Part shown: positions 1 to 9,528 of the stretch, in pieces
How the letters are laid out: every line of letters starts with the position of its first letter
How positions within the stretch are numbered: position 1 is the first letter of the stretch
NCBI GenBank assembly: GCA_030427825.1
Contig: JAUICO010000002.1
Span: forward strand, 25,634-89,633
Direction: 5' to 3'
Length of the DNA: 64,000 nt
Origin: a bacterium
Lineage (GTDB): Bacteria > Myxococcota_A > Bradymonadia > REDH01
Translations under genes and position numbers: made by a program
The notes under the pieces: generated by a model
Database searches by the model: none
What the model was told of the DNA's origin: nothing
What the model saw: the letters and a program-made list of their open reading frames with translations, nothing else

Positions 1-602
1 CGCTGCTGCGCAGCGCGTTTACCGGCACCGAGTTGATGCGGGTCGTGTGCAGAACCGCAGACTCGGCGACTCTGGTCGGCCAGCTTCTGCTGCATCAACT
101 CGATGTTATCCTCAGCGATGTTCCCCTGGCCCCGGAGCCGTCCGTGAACCTTTACAACCGCTTCCTGGGCGAGAGTGGGGTCTCGTTCTTTGGTGAGCCG
201 ACGATGGCAGAGCAGTGCAGGTCGGACTTTCCGCGCTGCCTGGAGCGGACCGGCGTACTGGTTCCCACGACAGGTACCGAGATGCGTCGCAATCTGGACG
301 CCTGGTTCGCTCGCATGGCCATCGACCCGATGATCACGGGAGAATTCGACGATCTGGCGCTGATGAAGACCGCAGGCGCCAGTGGTCTGGGCCTCTTTCC
401 GGTTCCCGACTTCGTCGCCGATGTCGCAGCTGCACATTACGGCGTCCGTGCTGTAGGCAGAGCAGAGGGCGTACGGGAACGCCTGTTTGCGGTGTCTGCG
501 GAGCGGCGAATCAACCATCCCGGCGTCGCCGCGATCGTCGAACATGCCGCGCAGTTCTTTGCCGAGGCCGCAGCTCCGGACCGGCTGCAGGGGCGCGAGT
601 AG
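1..602 (+). CDS. LysR-family transcriptional regulator, C-terminal (substrate-binding) portion; 5' end truncated by the window edge
   Basis: The ORF 33..602 stays open back to nt 3. The translation resembles a LysR/NhaR-type effector-binding domain (LLHQLDVILSD..., GLGLFPVPDFV). No HTH is visible because the N-terminus lies outside the window. Confidence 0.5.
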   Translation, partial: LLRSAFTGTELMRVVCRTADSATLVGQLLLHQLDVILSDVPLAPEPSVNLYNRFLGESGVSFFGEPTMAEQCRSDFPRCLERTGVLVPTTGTEMRRNLDAWFARMAIDPMITGEFDDLALMKTAGASGLGLFPVPDFVADVAAAHYGVRAVGRAEGVRERLFAVSAERRINHPGVAAIVEHAAQFFAEAAAPDRLQGRE

Positions 603-759
603 CTACGAGCGCGAGTGCCCGCGCCGACAGGGCGAAGCTTGATGGGGCTGTCGTGGCCCCGGGCGGGTGATGTCGGCCCTACGATCGTCGGGGGCTGGGG
701 CTGCGCCGGGAGAATCCCGCCGACATCGTCGGACGTTTGACTTCGCATCGAAACCAATA

Positions 760-777
760 TAATCAATCGATTGATTA
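760..777. promoter_or_regulatory. Perfect 18-bp palindrome TAATCAATCGATTGATTA, with an adjacent partial third half-site AATTGATTG at 778-786, in an AT-rich patch 45 bp upstream of the tetR start; candidate TetR operator
   Basis: Read directly from the sequence. The reverse complement is identical. It sits in an AT-rich island inside a ~70% GC context, immediately 5' of the TetR gene at 823. Confidence 0.5.
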
Positions 778-822
778 AATTGATTGTGAGCGGAACTCGC
801 GGGAGAAGCGGCCCTGGCACGC

Positions 823-1416
823 ATGGCACCACATCAGGTTGAAGAGACGCGATCGCAGATACTCGACGCCGCGATCGCGTGCTTTGCGCGCGAAGGTTTC
901 AGCGCCACGTCGACGCGCTCCCTCGCCGCCGAAGCGTCGGTCAACTCTGCGACCCTCGCGTACCATTTCGGAAGCAAGCAGGGCGTGTACGACGCCGCTG
1001 TCGCCGAGGTGTATGAACGATTCGGACGCAGCGCTGCGGAGCTCTCCGGCGAGCTCGGAGCGATGAACGGCCGGCAGCGACTCGCGGCCGTGTATGCCCT
1101 TGCCCGACGTGAAAGCGCAGCGACGCGCCTGCTGCTGCGCGAAATTCTCGATCACGGACAGCTGCGGGATGAGACCGTACGGGCACACTTTCTGCCCAGT
1201 GTGGAACAGAACGCAGCGGCGCTCGCGTCACTGCTCGGTGTCGAGCCGACCCTGGCCCGACAGGCGATGACAACGATGAGCTTCCTCATCGGACGTATCG
1301 CCGTGCAGAGTGAAGATTCCCTTATGGACGCCTACGGCACAAGCGATGCGTCCGAAACTCAGGAGCTGATTGTCGATCACCTCCTCGCCATCTGGCAGAC
1401 ACTGACGGAGACATGA
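823..1416 (+). CDS. TetR/AcrR-family transcriptional regulator
   Basis: N-terminal TetR HTH signature (RSQILDAAIACFAREGFSATSTRSLAAEASVNSATLAYHFGSKQGVY). The ORF is about 197 aa. Confidence 0.8.
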   Translation: MAPHQVEETRSQILDAAIACFAREGFSATSTRSLAAEASVNSATLAYHFGSKQGVYDAAVAEVYERFGRSAAELSGELGAMNGRQRLAAVYALARRESAATRLLLREILDHGQLRDETVRAHFLPSVEQNAAALASLLGVEPTLARQAMTTMSFLIGRIAVQSEDSLMDAYGTSDASETQELIVDHLLAIWQTLTET

Positions 1417-1417
1417 G

Positions 1418-2248
1418 ATGCGATTTCCCCTTCCCGTAACGAACCCGCCACCGAACGCCTCCTGGGAGTGGAACGGCAAGTTCACCGATGAGCAGGCGCG
1501 CTTCCTGGACGAGCACGGCTTCATTCGCTTCAGCAACTTCGCATCGATGGACGAAGTCCAGATGATACGCGATGAGCTTGCCGCCGTCGAAGCGCAGTGG
1601 GTGCGTGAAGACCGAGAGTTCGTAAACGGAATTCCGATCAAGTACGGAATCAACGATCTTGGCGAAAAGTTTGTTCAGCGCTTCGCGTTCGCGTCGCTCT
1701 TCTCGGAGAAGATGACCGCATTCTTTGGCGACCCGCGCTGGGAGATTGTGAAGACAATGTGTGGTGAGGGATTTCGCATCGGGTTGGACGAGAAAGACGG
1801 TGTGGTCGTGAATCACTATCTCAATGTGCCCGGCTCCAAATACAAGCGGCTCGGCTGGCACATCGATGCGCTACGTGATGTCTTCTACGGAAAGATGCCC
1901 GAGCCGATGTGGAATGTCGGCATGTACCTCGATGATTCGCACATCGACAAAGGTGCCCTGCGGCTGATCCCCGGCACACACAAACAGAGCTTCCCTGCTC
2001 TTCTGTTCGGCAAGCGACACTTCATGGACAACCGCGACGACCCGCGGGAGTACATCGTCGAAGCGGACGCCGGCGACCTCACCCTGCATGACGGTCGACT
2101 CTGGCACCGGGTCGGGAAGTCGCTCAACACCGGTCCGGCAAGCCGCCGACGAACCATGTACATTCCCTTTCTGAACGGCGATGTCCTCAAGAAGAATGAG
2201 GGCAGCAAGACGCCATTCTACCACCGATTTTCGCGACTGATCGGTTGA
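1418..2248 (+). CDS. Phytanoyl-CoA dioxygenase (PhyH) family Fe(II)/2-oxoglutarate oxygenase
   Basis: PhyH-like motifs are present (WHIDAL ... LIPGTHKQ ... LHDGRLWH). A 1-nt gap after tetR suggests translational coupling. Confidence 0.7.
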   Translation: MRFPLPVTNPPPNASWEWNGKFTDEQARFLDEHGFIRFSNFASMDEVQMIRDELAAVEAQWVREDREFVNGIPIKYGINDLGEKFVQRFAFASLFSEKMTAFFGDPRWEIVKTMCGEGFRIGLDEKDGVVVNHYLNVPGSKYKRLGWHIDALRDVFYGKMPEPMWNVGMYLDDSHIDKGALRLIPGTHKQSFPALLFGKRHFMDNRDDPREYIVEADAGDLTLHDGRLWHRVGKSLNTGPASRRRTMYIPFLNGDVLKKNEGSKTPFYHRFSRLIG

Positions 2249-3222
2249 ACGCGCCGAAGCAGGAAAGGGTACTTGTCACCGGCGCTACGGGTTTCATCGG
2301 TCGCGTCACGGTATCGAAGCTGCTGGCGAGCGGCCGAGCAGTTCGTGTGTTTGCTCGCGCCTCGAGCAACCTGAGCTGTTTCGAAAAGCTGCCGATCGAA
2401 GTGCATATCGGCGACCTGGGAGCCCCGGCATCTGTCAGAGAGGCGGCGGTCGGCGTCGACGTAATTGTCCACGCCGCCGGCGGTGGACAGGCGCTCAGCG
2501 TCGATGCCCTGCGCGCGATGAACGTCTCAACCACACGAGCCGTCCGCGACGCCGCGCTCGCGCAGGGCTGTCGCGTCGTGTTTGTATCGTCGCTCGCAGC
2601 ATCGGGTCCACTGGACGGTGACGAGGGCGCACACATCGGGCCGGTGTCGAACTACGGCCGCGCGAAGCTCGAAGCCGAAGCGATACTACTCGGAAGCTCG
2701 TCCACTGTTCACGTGACCGTCCTGCGGCCGCCCGCAATCTATGGCCCGGGCGACCACCGCATGCTGCCGGTGTTCAAATCGGCGGCCCGCGGCCTCATCG
2801 CACTTCCCGCTCCTGCACGGCGCGCTTCCTTCATGCACGTGGATGATTGTGCCGCAGCGATTGTGTCGGCGACCGAAGCTTCGGAGCGCGCTTCGGGCGC
2901 CGTGGTCTCGGTCACCGATGGCCCGGCACCGGAGACGGAAGCGGTGATGCACCTCATCGCTGCGGCGCTCGGAACAAAGGCGCGAATCCTGCGAATTCCA
3001 CTGCCCGTCTTGCGGATTCTCGGTGCCACAAATGACCTTCTCTCGCAGCTTCGACGACGGCCGGTACTGCTTTCTCGTGACAAAGTCCGCGAACTGGCGC
3101 AGAGTTACTGGGTCGCTGACTACCAAACCATGGGGCCGATGCTGGGATTCACTCCGAGCATTACGTTGGCAAATGGGATGGAGCAGACAGCGCGCTGGTA
3201 TCGTGACGAGGGCCTGCTTTGA
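2245..3222 (+). CDS. NAD-dependent epimerase/dehydratase (extended SDR) family protein
   Basis: Rossmann motif VLVTGATGFIGRV near the N-terminus. There is a TTG start overlapping the upstream stop (tTGA). Confidence 0.8.
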   Translation: MNAPKQERVLVTGATGFIGRVTVSKLLASGRAVRVFARASSNLSCFEKLPIEVHIGDLGAPASVREAAVGVDVIVHAAGGGQALSVDALRAMNVSTTRAVRDAALAQGCRVVFVSSLAASGPLDGDEGAHIGPVSNYGRAKLEAEAILLGSSSTVHVTVLRPPAIYGPGDHRMLPVFKSAARGLIALPAPARRASFMHVDDCAAAIVSATEASERASGAVVSVTDGPAPETEAVMHLIAAALGTKARILRIPLPVLRILGATNDLLSQLRRRPVLLSRDKVRELAQSYWVADYQTMGPMLGFTPSITLANGMEQTARWYRDEGLL

Positions 3223-4079
3223 TGTACGAAATGCCCGCTCGGCTCCTGATGGGAATGTACCGTTTGGGGTCACAAGGCGGTGCGCTCACCGATCTCTCGG
3301 TGTTGCGCTGGAATCCGTACAACCAGGCGTTGATGTTCATCACGATGGCCGCTGCCATCATGCTGACGATCCATCGATACGGACTCGACGTAGGGCGTAT
3401 CCAGCAGCGACTGCTCGGGAGCTCGAACTCCGCTGAGGGCGCACAGACCCGTGCGGTCATCATCAGCCGAATTGGCGGCGGCGTGCTGTTCTTCACCGGC
3501 TCCATCGGCTCCATCCTGGTCGTGGGGCGCGATCCCTGGAGCTATCGTATTCTTAGCGGGGACCCGATGTGGATGGTCCTCGGTGTCGTTGTCCCCCTGC
3601 TTGTGGTCCTTCCCTTCCTCTACGCAGCGGCGCAGCAGCCCTCGATGCAGGCACGATACCCGGAGATTCGCGCGCGCTGGGTGCCTTCCTCTCTGGCACT
3701 CACGAGCGCCGCGGCCTGGCTTGTGTACCTGGTCGGCTACGAGTTCATGTTCCGTTCCCTGCTGTTGTTTACGTACCGAGCGGCGTGGGGCACCTGGCCC
3801 GCGATCTTCGTCACCACTGCGCTATATGTCCTTGCACACTTCCAGAAGGACGGTGCCGAGACCGCCGGCTGCTTCTTCATGGGCTTCGTGTTTGCGGCGA
3901 TCGTGCTTGTTTCAAACAGCATCGTGCCCGCGATTCTCCTGCACTTTGCGATTGCCGTTGTGTCGGAGAACCTGAGCGCTCGCGCGAATCCGAACATGCA
4001 CTGGTGGAAGACACGGCCGCGAAGAACGAGCAGCGATTTCAGAAAGATCGGCACGGACACCTTCGACAAGGTTCAATGA
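3219..4079 (+). CDS. Polytopic membrane protein, putative CPBP-family (CAAX-protease/Abi-like) intramembrane metalloprotease
   Basis: About 7 predicted hydrophobic helices. It carries an E..FR motif (YEFMFRSLL) and two His-containing TM motifs (LAHFQ, LLHFAIAV), reminiscent of CPBP motifs 1-3 but not canonical. The start overlaps the upstream stop (TGATG). Confidence 0.45.
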   Translation: MMYEMPARLLMGMYRLGSQGGALTDLSVLRWNPYNQALMFITMAAAIMLTIHRYGLDVGRIQQRLLGSSNSAEGAQTRAVIISRIGGGVLFFTGSIGSILVVGRDPWSYRILSGDPMWMVLGVVVPLLVVLPFLYAAAQQPSMQARYPEIRARWVPSSLALTSAAAWLVYLVGYEFMFRSLLLFTYRAAWGTWPAIFVTTALYVLAHFQKDGAETAGCFFMGFVFAAIVLVSNSIVPAILLHFAIAVVSENLSARANPNMHWWKTRPRRTSSDFRKIGTDTFDKVQ

Positions 4080-4900
4080 AGACAGACCGCAACTTCCGAG
4101 GGCGTACTGCCTGGGTCACGGGCGCCGGTTCAGGGATCGGGGCGGCGTTGGTGACGACTCTGCTTGCGCGCGGGACCAACGTGGTTGCAGTGGACCGGGA
4201 CGCAGACAGACTCACAGAGCTGCAGGAGCACAGTCCCGCAGGGCGCCTGCACTGCGAAACCGTTGACGTCACGGACGCAGAGGCGGTCGCCGACAGTGTT
4301 GATGGTCTTGTCCGTCGACACGGCAGGTTGGACTACGTCTTCAACAACGCCGGTATCGGCCAGGCAGGCGCGGTCTCGGACCTGAGCCTCAGCGACTGGC
4401 GGCGTTGTATCGACGTTAACATCGGTGGCGTCATCAACGGGATTCACGCCGCCTGGCCGCATCTGGTCGCGCAGGGCAGGGGACACATCGTGAACACTGC
4501 CTCTGGAGCCGGCCTGGTTCCACGTCCGGGCATGGTACCGTATTCGATGTCAAAGTGGGCTGTGGTTGGTCTCTCGATCTCGCTTCGAGAAGAAGCCGCA
4601 GCGCTCGGGATTCGCGTGAGCGCCGCCTGCCCCGGGCACATCCAGACACGCATTCTCGATGACGCCGACATGCCCGGCCTCGATCGCGAGAGTCTCCTCT
4701 CGTCGATCCCGGGCACGGGAATCGCCGCCGAGGACTGCGCCCGGATCATGCTTCGCGGTGTGCGGGCGAACCGCGCGGTGATACCGGTCGGCGGCCTCAT
4801 CAACGCGGAGTGGCGGCTGTATCGACTCGCGCCTCCTGTAGGCGCCGCGCTCGGCCGCGTGCGCAATCGGATGATGCTGCGACACCGCCGCAGGGGTTGA
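4076..4900 (+). CDS. Short-chain dehydrogenase/reductase (classical SDR) oxidoreductase
   Basis: TGAGSGIGAAL glycine motif, NNAG, and the catalytic YSMSK (YxxxK). The ATG at 4076 overlaps the upstream stop (ATGA). The track ORF 3569..4900 carries a non-coding N-terminal extension. Confidence 0.85.
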   Translation: MKTDRNFRGRTAWVTGAGSGIGAALVTTLLARGTNVVAVDRDADRLTELQEHSPAGRLHCETVDVTDAEAVADSVDGLVRRHGRLDYVFNNAGIGQAGAVSDLSLSDWRRCIDVNIGGVINGIHAAWPHLVAQGRGHIVNTASGAGLVPRPGMVPYSMSKWAVVGLSISLREEAAALGIRVSAACPGHIQTRILDDADMPGLDRESLLSSIPGTGIAAEDCARIMLRGVRANRAVIPVGGLINAEWRLYRLAPPVGAALGRVRNRMMLRHRRRG

Positions 4901-4901
4901 G

Positions 4902-5819
4902 TCAGACCGTCGGATTCTCTGCGACGAGCGCCTCCGGCTGTGACGCGCCTGCGCTTTCACTTGCTGCAGCAGCGTCCTCTCGCTTCGCGATGCGCCGCAG
5001 CGCAAGCGCAAGCGGGGGCAGGAAGATGTAGGAAACCAGCGCATAGAGCAGCACTTCAAAGCTGGTCTGGTCGCCGAAGTACTCGTCCGCGATCAGAAGC
5101 GCGACCGCTGTCCCGCGGGTGGCGCTCGTAAAGAGCAATGCGACGCGCTGCCCACGTGAACCGGGTACGAGAAGGGCACAGACGGACATTACCGCAATGA
5201 ACAGGATGGTAGCGACCGGTGGCATCCAGCCGTGTTCCGTGGCGGTCCCGCCCTTGAAGATGATCAGCGCTGTGGCCAGGATCGCCAGACAGACGTTTGC
5301 CAGAATGTTCAGAATCGGATCGAGTCGCCCGGATATGTCCTCGCGAAAGTGTCGTAGTGTGAGTCCGGCGAATAAGGGCAGCATGACGAAGGTGAGGATG
5401 GTCCAGAGTGCGCTGACTGCAGAGAACCTGTGGTCGCCGCTTGCGACGTCTGAGAGCAGGTAGGAGGCGATCGGCGGCGCAAACGCGATCGTCGCAAACA
5501 CACAGATGATCATCAGAGCGATCGCTGTTGGCAGGTCGCCCTTTCCCCACTGTGTGAAGACAGGTCCGGCGACGGCGCCCGGTGCAATCGCACACAGGAC
5601 CAGGCCGGCTCCGATCTCTGGCGGCAAGCCGAAGAGCTCGATCAGTCCCATCGCCAGTGCGACGGAGCCGACGAAGTTCAGAACCAGAACAACGGCCATC
5701 AGGCGCACATTCATGATGGCGCGCCCCAGCTGCCGGAAGGTGAGGTTCATGCCCATCGAGGCCATGAACGACACCAGCAGTGTACGGACGAGAACCGTCT
5801 GCAGAATGTCTACGCTCAT
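4902..5819 (-). CDS. Polytopic membrane transporter, BASS (bile acid:sodium symporter)/AEC-like family
   Basis: 305 aa and highly hydrophobic with about 9-10 TM segments. Its overall resemblance to the sodium-dependent transporter family is an inference. Confidence 0.45.
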   Translation of the reverse strand: MSVDILQTVLVRTLLVSFMASMGMNLTFRQLGRAIMNVRLMAVVLVLNFVGSVALAMGLIELFGLPPEIGAGLVLCAIAPGAVAGPVFTQWGKGDLPTAIALMIICVFATIAFAPPIASYLLSDVASGDHRFSAVSALWTILTFVMLPLFAGLTLRHFREDISGRLDPILNILANVCLAILATALIIFKGGTATEHGWMPPVATILFIAVMSVCALLVPGSRGQRVALLFTSATRGTAVALLIADEYFGDQTSFEVLLYALVSYIFLPPLALALRRIAKREDAAAASESAGASQPEALVAENPTV

Positions 5820-5877
5820 CCAAAAGCCGTGGAGTCATGGGTGCGAGAGTTCGCTGCACCGCGCAGCGAACCTGCAC

Positions 5878-7047
5878 TCATGGGCATACGTTGATCGAGC
5901 CGTTGGGCGGCGCCTCAAAAGCGTCGTCATCGATGCGAATGGCGCCCCATGTTGCGCCGTCCAAAGGCAGAGCCAGAGGCGAATATGCCTCGCCGTCGCC
6001 GACGCCACACATGGTGTCGCTGTCCTTGATGATGCCGCGCAACGCGATGTCTGCACGAACCTCGCCGAGTGAGGACTCCGTGACGAGGTCGCAGATGACG
6101 AGTCCGAACTCGCCGTTGTCATCCACCGTCGTCGAGAAGCTGGCGATAGCCGGTTGTAGGGGGCCCTGAGCGGGCGAACGGATGAAGCCGTCGAGCGTGG
6201 CGCCGTCTCCAGTTTCGCGGTACACCGTATCCATGATCAGCCCGATCTGTGTCGCACCGCTGAGCAGGTTGGCCTCGAAGAAGTAGCGTCCGGAGACGTC
6301 GGTCGGCACACCCTCGCCCAGGTCTTCAATCGGCGGCGCGAGGGTCTCTGTGCAATCCCCCGTTCCCGCGTCTCCGTCATTGCCGGCGTCCTGATTGGGG
6401 TCGACGATGTCTACTGCGGGGCAACGGTCGGGCACTTCAGTAGGCTGTGTTCCGTCGTCGCTGTAGGGCTGCGCGCCGAAGATCGTGTTGATGAGTGGGA
6501 AGTTGCGCGGCGCATACACGACGCTGTCCTCGTCCTGGATGCTTCCACACATGAATCCGTTGTCGATCACGATGACCGAGAGCGTAAAGTCCGTATCCAC
6601 CTCTGTGTTTGGAATCGGCGACAATTCACCCGGGACCAGGACGCGGCCGGTGGCGATCTCCATTCGGCCGTCCTCTGTGAGCTGCGTCGTGAAGCTCGCG
6701 AGGGGAGGGGAGTCGACCGGCGCATTCGCCATCCTGAACTCACCGGTGATGTCTGCGATGTCACCGGTGTCGTTCAGCTGAAAGGTGATGAAGGTCGTGC
6801 GCAGCTCCAGGAGCACGTCGCCGAGGGGCAGGAGATAGATGTTGAACAGCCAATCACCGCGGACGTCGACGAGCCGGCCTTCAAGATCGTCGTAGCTGAA
6901 TGACGTGCCACCGGTGCGTTCAGTCGCGGTCCGGTCGACGAAATCGTTATAGATTTCGAGCGGTGCGTCTTCGCATGCGGAAGCGAACACAAGGACGGCA
7001 GAGACGGCAGCGACAATTTGTAGCAGCGGAGATCGCGTGATGGTCAT
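5878..7047 (-). CDS. Hypothetical lipoprotein
   Basis: Signal peptide plus lipobox (LVFASAC). The gene overlaps the upstream FadL-like gene (ATGA), suggesting an operon. Confidence 0.55.
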   Translation of the reverse strand: MTITRSPLLQIVAAVSAVLVFASACEDAPLEIYNDFVDRTATERTGGTSFSYDDLEGRLVDVRGDWLFNIYLLPLGDVLLELRTTFITFQLNDTGDIADITGEFRMANAPVDSPPLASFTTQLTEDGRMEIATGRVLVPGELSPIPNTEVDTDFTLSVIVIDNGFMCGSIQDEDSVVYAPRNFPLINTIFGAQPYSDDGTQPTEVPDRCPAVDIVDPNQDAGNDGDAGTGDCTETLAPPIEDLGEGVPTDVSGRYFFEANLLSGATQIGLIMDTVYRETGDGATLDGFIRSPAQGPLQPAIASFSTTVDDNGEFGLVICDLVTESSLGEVRADIALRGIIKDSDTMCGVGDGEAYSPLALPLDGATWGAIRIDDDAFEAPPNGSINVCP

Positions 7048-8462
7048 CAGAATCTCCCTGCGAGTGATACGTTCAGAAAGAGACGTGTGTCTGTGTAGGC
7101 ACCGTTCGACCGGGGCTCGTGAACACTCTCGGTGACGGTGACTTTGGGGTAGATGTCGTGTGTGTACGATGCGAGCAGTGTGAGGTTGTCCGAGAGAATC
7201 GCCTGGATGCCGACACCAATCTGAGCCTTGTTTGCGTCGGACAGCGACGGGTCAACGCTGGTGTTTGGAATCGCGCTCGGGTCGAAACCGGCCATGAAGG
7301 AGAGCATCCAACGATCAGTGAGCTGCTGGTCGAGACGGAGCCGCGCGCTGACAGTGTTGTTAAAGTTGCGGGGGATCTTCAGCAGAATGACGTCACGATC
7401 CTTCTCGTCACGAATGTCGTTCTCCTCGATGACCGACCACTCCGTCCAGTCGACCGTTAGAGTGAGCGAGGTGTTGTTGAAGATGCCGGTAAGCGCGCCC
7501 TGCAGCATGCGCGGCAGGGGAAACTGCGTGTACGCGTCTTCGCGAACCGGTGCGACGGTGGCGAAGGCGCTCGACAGGGGCCCGACGAAATCGAGGTCGT
7601 ATCCGTGTCGATACACGATCGACGCGCGGGTACGCTCACGATCGCAGGCGACTGCGAGAGTGAATGTCGGCTGCACGTCTTTCGCGCCGAAGTGGACCAT
7701 GCCTTCCTGCAGGTTCCCCTGCAGATCGATCGGGGCATCCCCGGCGTTCAGGTTTCGCGAGCGGACAACGCTGAGCTCGGCGGTCGCCAGGATCAGGCTG
7801 CCGCCGAACATGAGTCCGAACTCCTTCAGGGCGACGCCCACCGAGAGAGTGTGTTGGATTACCGTGAGCCCGCCGGAGAGTGAGTTCCAACGCTGGGGGC
7901 CGTAGATCGCGCCGGGAAACTCGGAAGGTGCGCCCTCATTGCGGTCCCACTCACCACCGCCTCCGAAAGCAGCGACGGGAGCGTAGGCAAAGCCCGCGTT
8001 GATGGTGTCGAACTCGTGCACGTAGCCGAGGGAGGCGTAGGGCAGGACCGCAGTCGTCGACGTTGTGGCCAGGCCCGTATTCGTCCGTACCCTCGCGTCG
8101 TAGCGCGCAAGCTCACCTTCTGTAGGGTTCTCCGGGTCCTCGGCGTCTTCTGCGCCGAAGGGTGCGATGACGCGATTGTACGTCGCCGAGCGGTGGATGA
8201 GCGTTCCGTCCACCGAGAAGATGAACCCGGGGTTCAGCGAGAGCAACGCCGGGTTGTAGAAGGTCGCAAGCCCTCCGTCCGAGTTCGGTGTTCCATAGAT
8301 TCCTCCGAAGCGTTGCAGCGTCAGTCCCGCCGCTTCTGCACTTCGCGGCGCAGCGGCCTGGAACACCAACAGCATCGAGGCCAGCGCCAGGACAGCGGGC
8401 GTCCGGCCTGCAGCTGTGCAGCAGGGATTCGCCGGGTTCCGGCGAAAGCTCTCGGTTCTCAT
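7047..8462 (-). CDS. Outer-membrane beta-barrel transporter, FadL/OMPP1/TodX-like (hydrophobic compound uptake)
   Basis: Signal peptide, an N-terminal NPA-containing region (FYNPALLSL) and a C-terminal aromatic residue (…SLAGRF), typical of OM beta-barrels. 471 aa. Confidence 0.55.
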   Translation of the reverse strand: MRTESFRRNPANPCCTAAGRTPAVLALASMLLVFQAAAPRSAEAAGLTLQRFGGIYGTPNSDGGLATFYNPALLSLNPGFIFSVDGTLIHRSATYNRVIAPFGAEDAEDPENPTEGELARYDARVRTNTGLATTSTTAVLPYASLGYVHEFDTINAGFAYAPVAAFGGGGEWDRNEGAPSEFPGAIYGPQRWNSLSGGLTVIQHTLSVGVALKEFGLMFGGSLILATAELSVVRSRNLNAGDAPIDLQGNLQEGMVHFGAKDVQPTFTLAVACDRERTRASIVYRHGYDLDFVGPLSSAFATVAPVREDAYTQFPLPRMLQGALTGIFNNTSLTLTVDWTEWSVIEENDIRDEKDRDVILLKIPRNFNNTVSARLRLDQQLTDRWMLSFMAGFDPSAIPNTSVDPSLSDANKAQIGVGIQAILSDNLTLLASYTHDIYPKVTVTESVHEPRSNGAYTDTRLFLNVSLAGRF

Positions 8463-8573
8463 GTATCCCCCATGATTTCGCGGCCTGAAGTGTGCCGGGA
8501 GCCGCTGGTCACGTCAACGTGCGTGGGCCCATGGCAACCCGGTGGGATCCGAGGGAAGAGTCGTCGCCGGCGC

Positions 8574-9473
8574 CTATTTTCGACGCTGAAGCTCGAGCAT
8601 GATCGAGCCGTAGCGTCCCGAACGATCGGTCTCCGGTGCCCAGCCTACGACGTGTTGTCGGCCCGTCGACTCGCACCACTCGATCAACGCGCGCTTGAGG
8701 ACCGGCTCTCCCGCGGAGCGTTTTCCTTTGCCGGTGATGACGCGGCAGAAGCGCAGGTTGCTCGCTCGCGTGGCGATCACAAAGGCCTCGATGCGGGTCA
8801 GGGCCGCCGTGCGCCGCTCCATGCGAACGTTCATGACCGGCAGCTCCCGGGCTCGCCGGGATCTGCGCAGGCGCTCGCGCTGTGCCGCCGTCAGGGTGGG
8901 CTCGTAGAGCTCGTCAGCGCTGAGGGTCGCAAGCTCCTCGTCATCTGCCCAGTGAAGGCCCGGGTCAAAGCCGCGCTTCAGTGCGACGGTGCGTGTGTTG
9001 TCGATACGTCGAATGTCGCCGGACATCTGCTCGTAAAAGAGCAGCTCTTCGGCCCGCATCAGGTCGCCCGGTGCGATGTCTTTGTCGCCTTCGCCGCCGG
9101 TCACATCGTCATCACCGGCGTCGGCTACCACTTCGACATCCGAAACAGCGACCCCTTCGCCAAGAAACTTCTTTGCCGGGTCGAAGTCGTCGTGCTCCTC
9201 GAAGGCACGTCGCATCAGCTCTTCGGGCGAGATCTGCTCCACTCGCGCCCTGGTTGCGGGTCTCGGTGCAGGCAGTGCTGTACGCGTTGTGGTCCCGCCA
9301 CTCGGCGCTTGCGCCGGCCGCTGTTCGGCGGCGGGGCGAGCTGCGCCTGTTTTCGGGGCAGGTGGATTCTCTGACCGAGGCGGAGCGTCGAAAAGGTCGG
9401 CGAAACTCCCAAGGGAGTTGTTCAACTTCGGCACACTCTTCTGCGCGGTCTTTCGCTTCTTCCGCCGTGCCAT
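8574..9473 (-). CDS. Smr (small MutS-related) domain protein with a basic/Pro-rich N-terminal region
   Basis: C-terminal Smr-like block (…AFVIATRASNLRFCRVITGKGKRSAGEPVLKRALIEWC…). Confidence 0.55.
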   Translation of the reverse strand: MARRKKRKTAQKSVPKLNNSLGSFADLFDAPPRSENPPAPKTGAARPAAEQRPAQAPSGGTTTRTALPAPRPATRARVEQISPEELMRRAFEEHDDFDPAKKFLGEGVAVSDVEVVADAGDDDVTGGEGDKDIAPGDLMRAEELLFYEQMSGDIRRIDNTRTVALKRGFDPGLHWADDEELATLSADELYEPTLTAAQRERLRRSRRARELPVMNVRMERRTAALTRIEAFVIATRASNLRFCRVITGKGKRSAGEPVLKRALIEWCESTGRQHVVGWAPETDRSGRYGSIMLELQRRK

Positions 9474-9528
9474 CAGTACGACTCTGTCGGGCAGACGTCA
9501 GGGTCGTCGACATCGATCGTCAGGCGGC

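Noticed and set aside
3569-4075. 5' extension of the SDR ORF in the track (start at 3569)
   Set aside because: The extension overlaps the CPBP-like membrane gene in another frame and is Arg/Cys-rich junk. A canonical ATG at 4076 overlaps the upstream stop (ATGA) and immediately precedes the Rossmann motif.
8016-9374. 452-aa plus-strand ORF
   Set aside because: It is antisense to the Smr-domain gene and the 3' end of the FadL-like gene. Its composition is Arg/Ala/Pro-rich and of low complexity.
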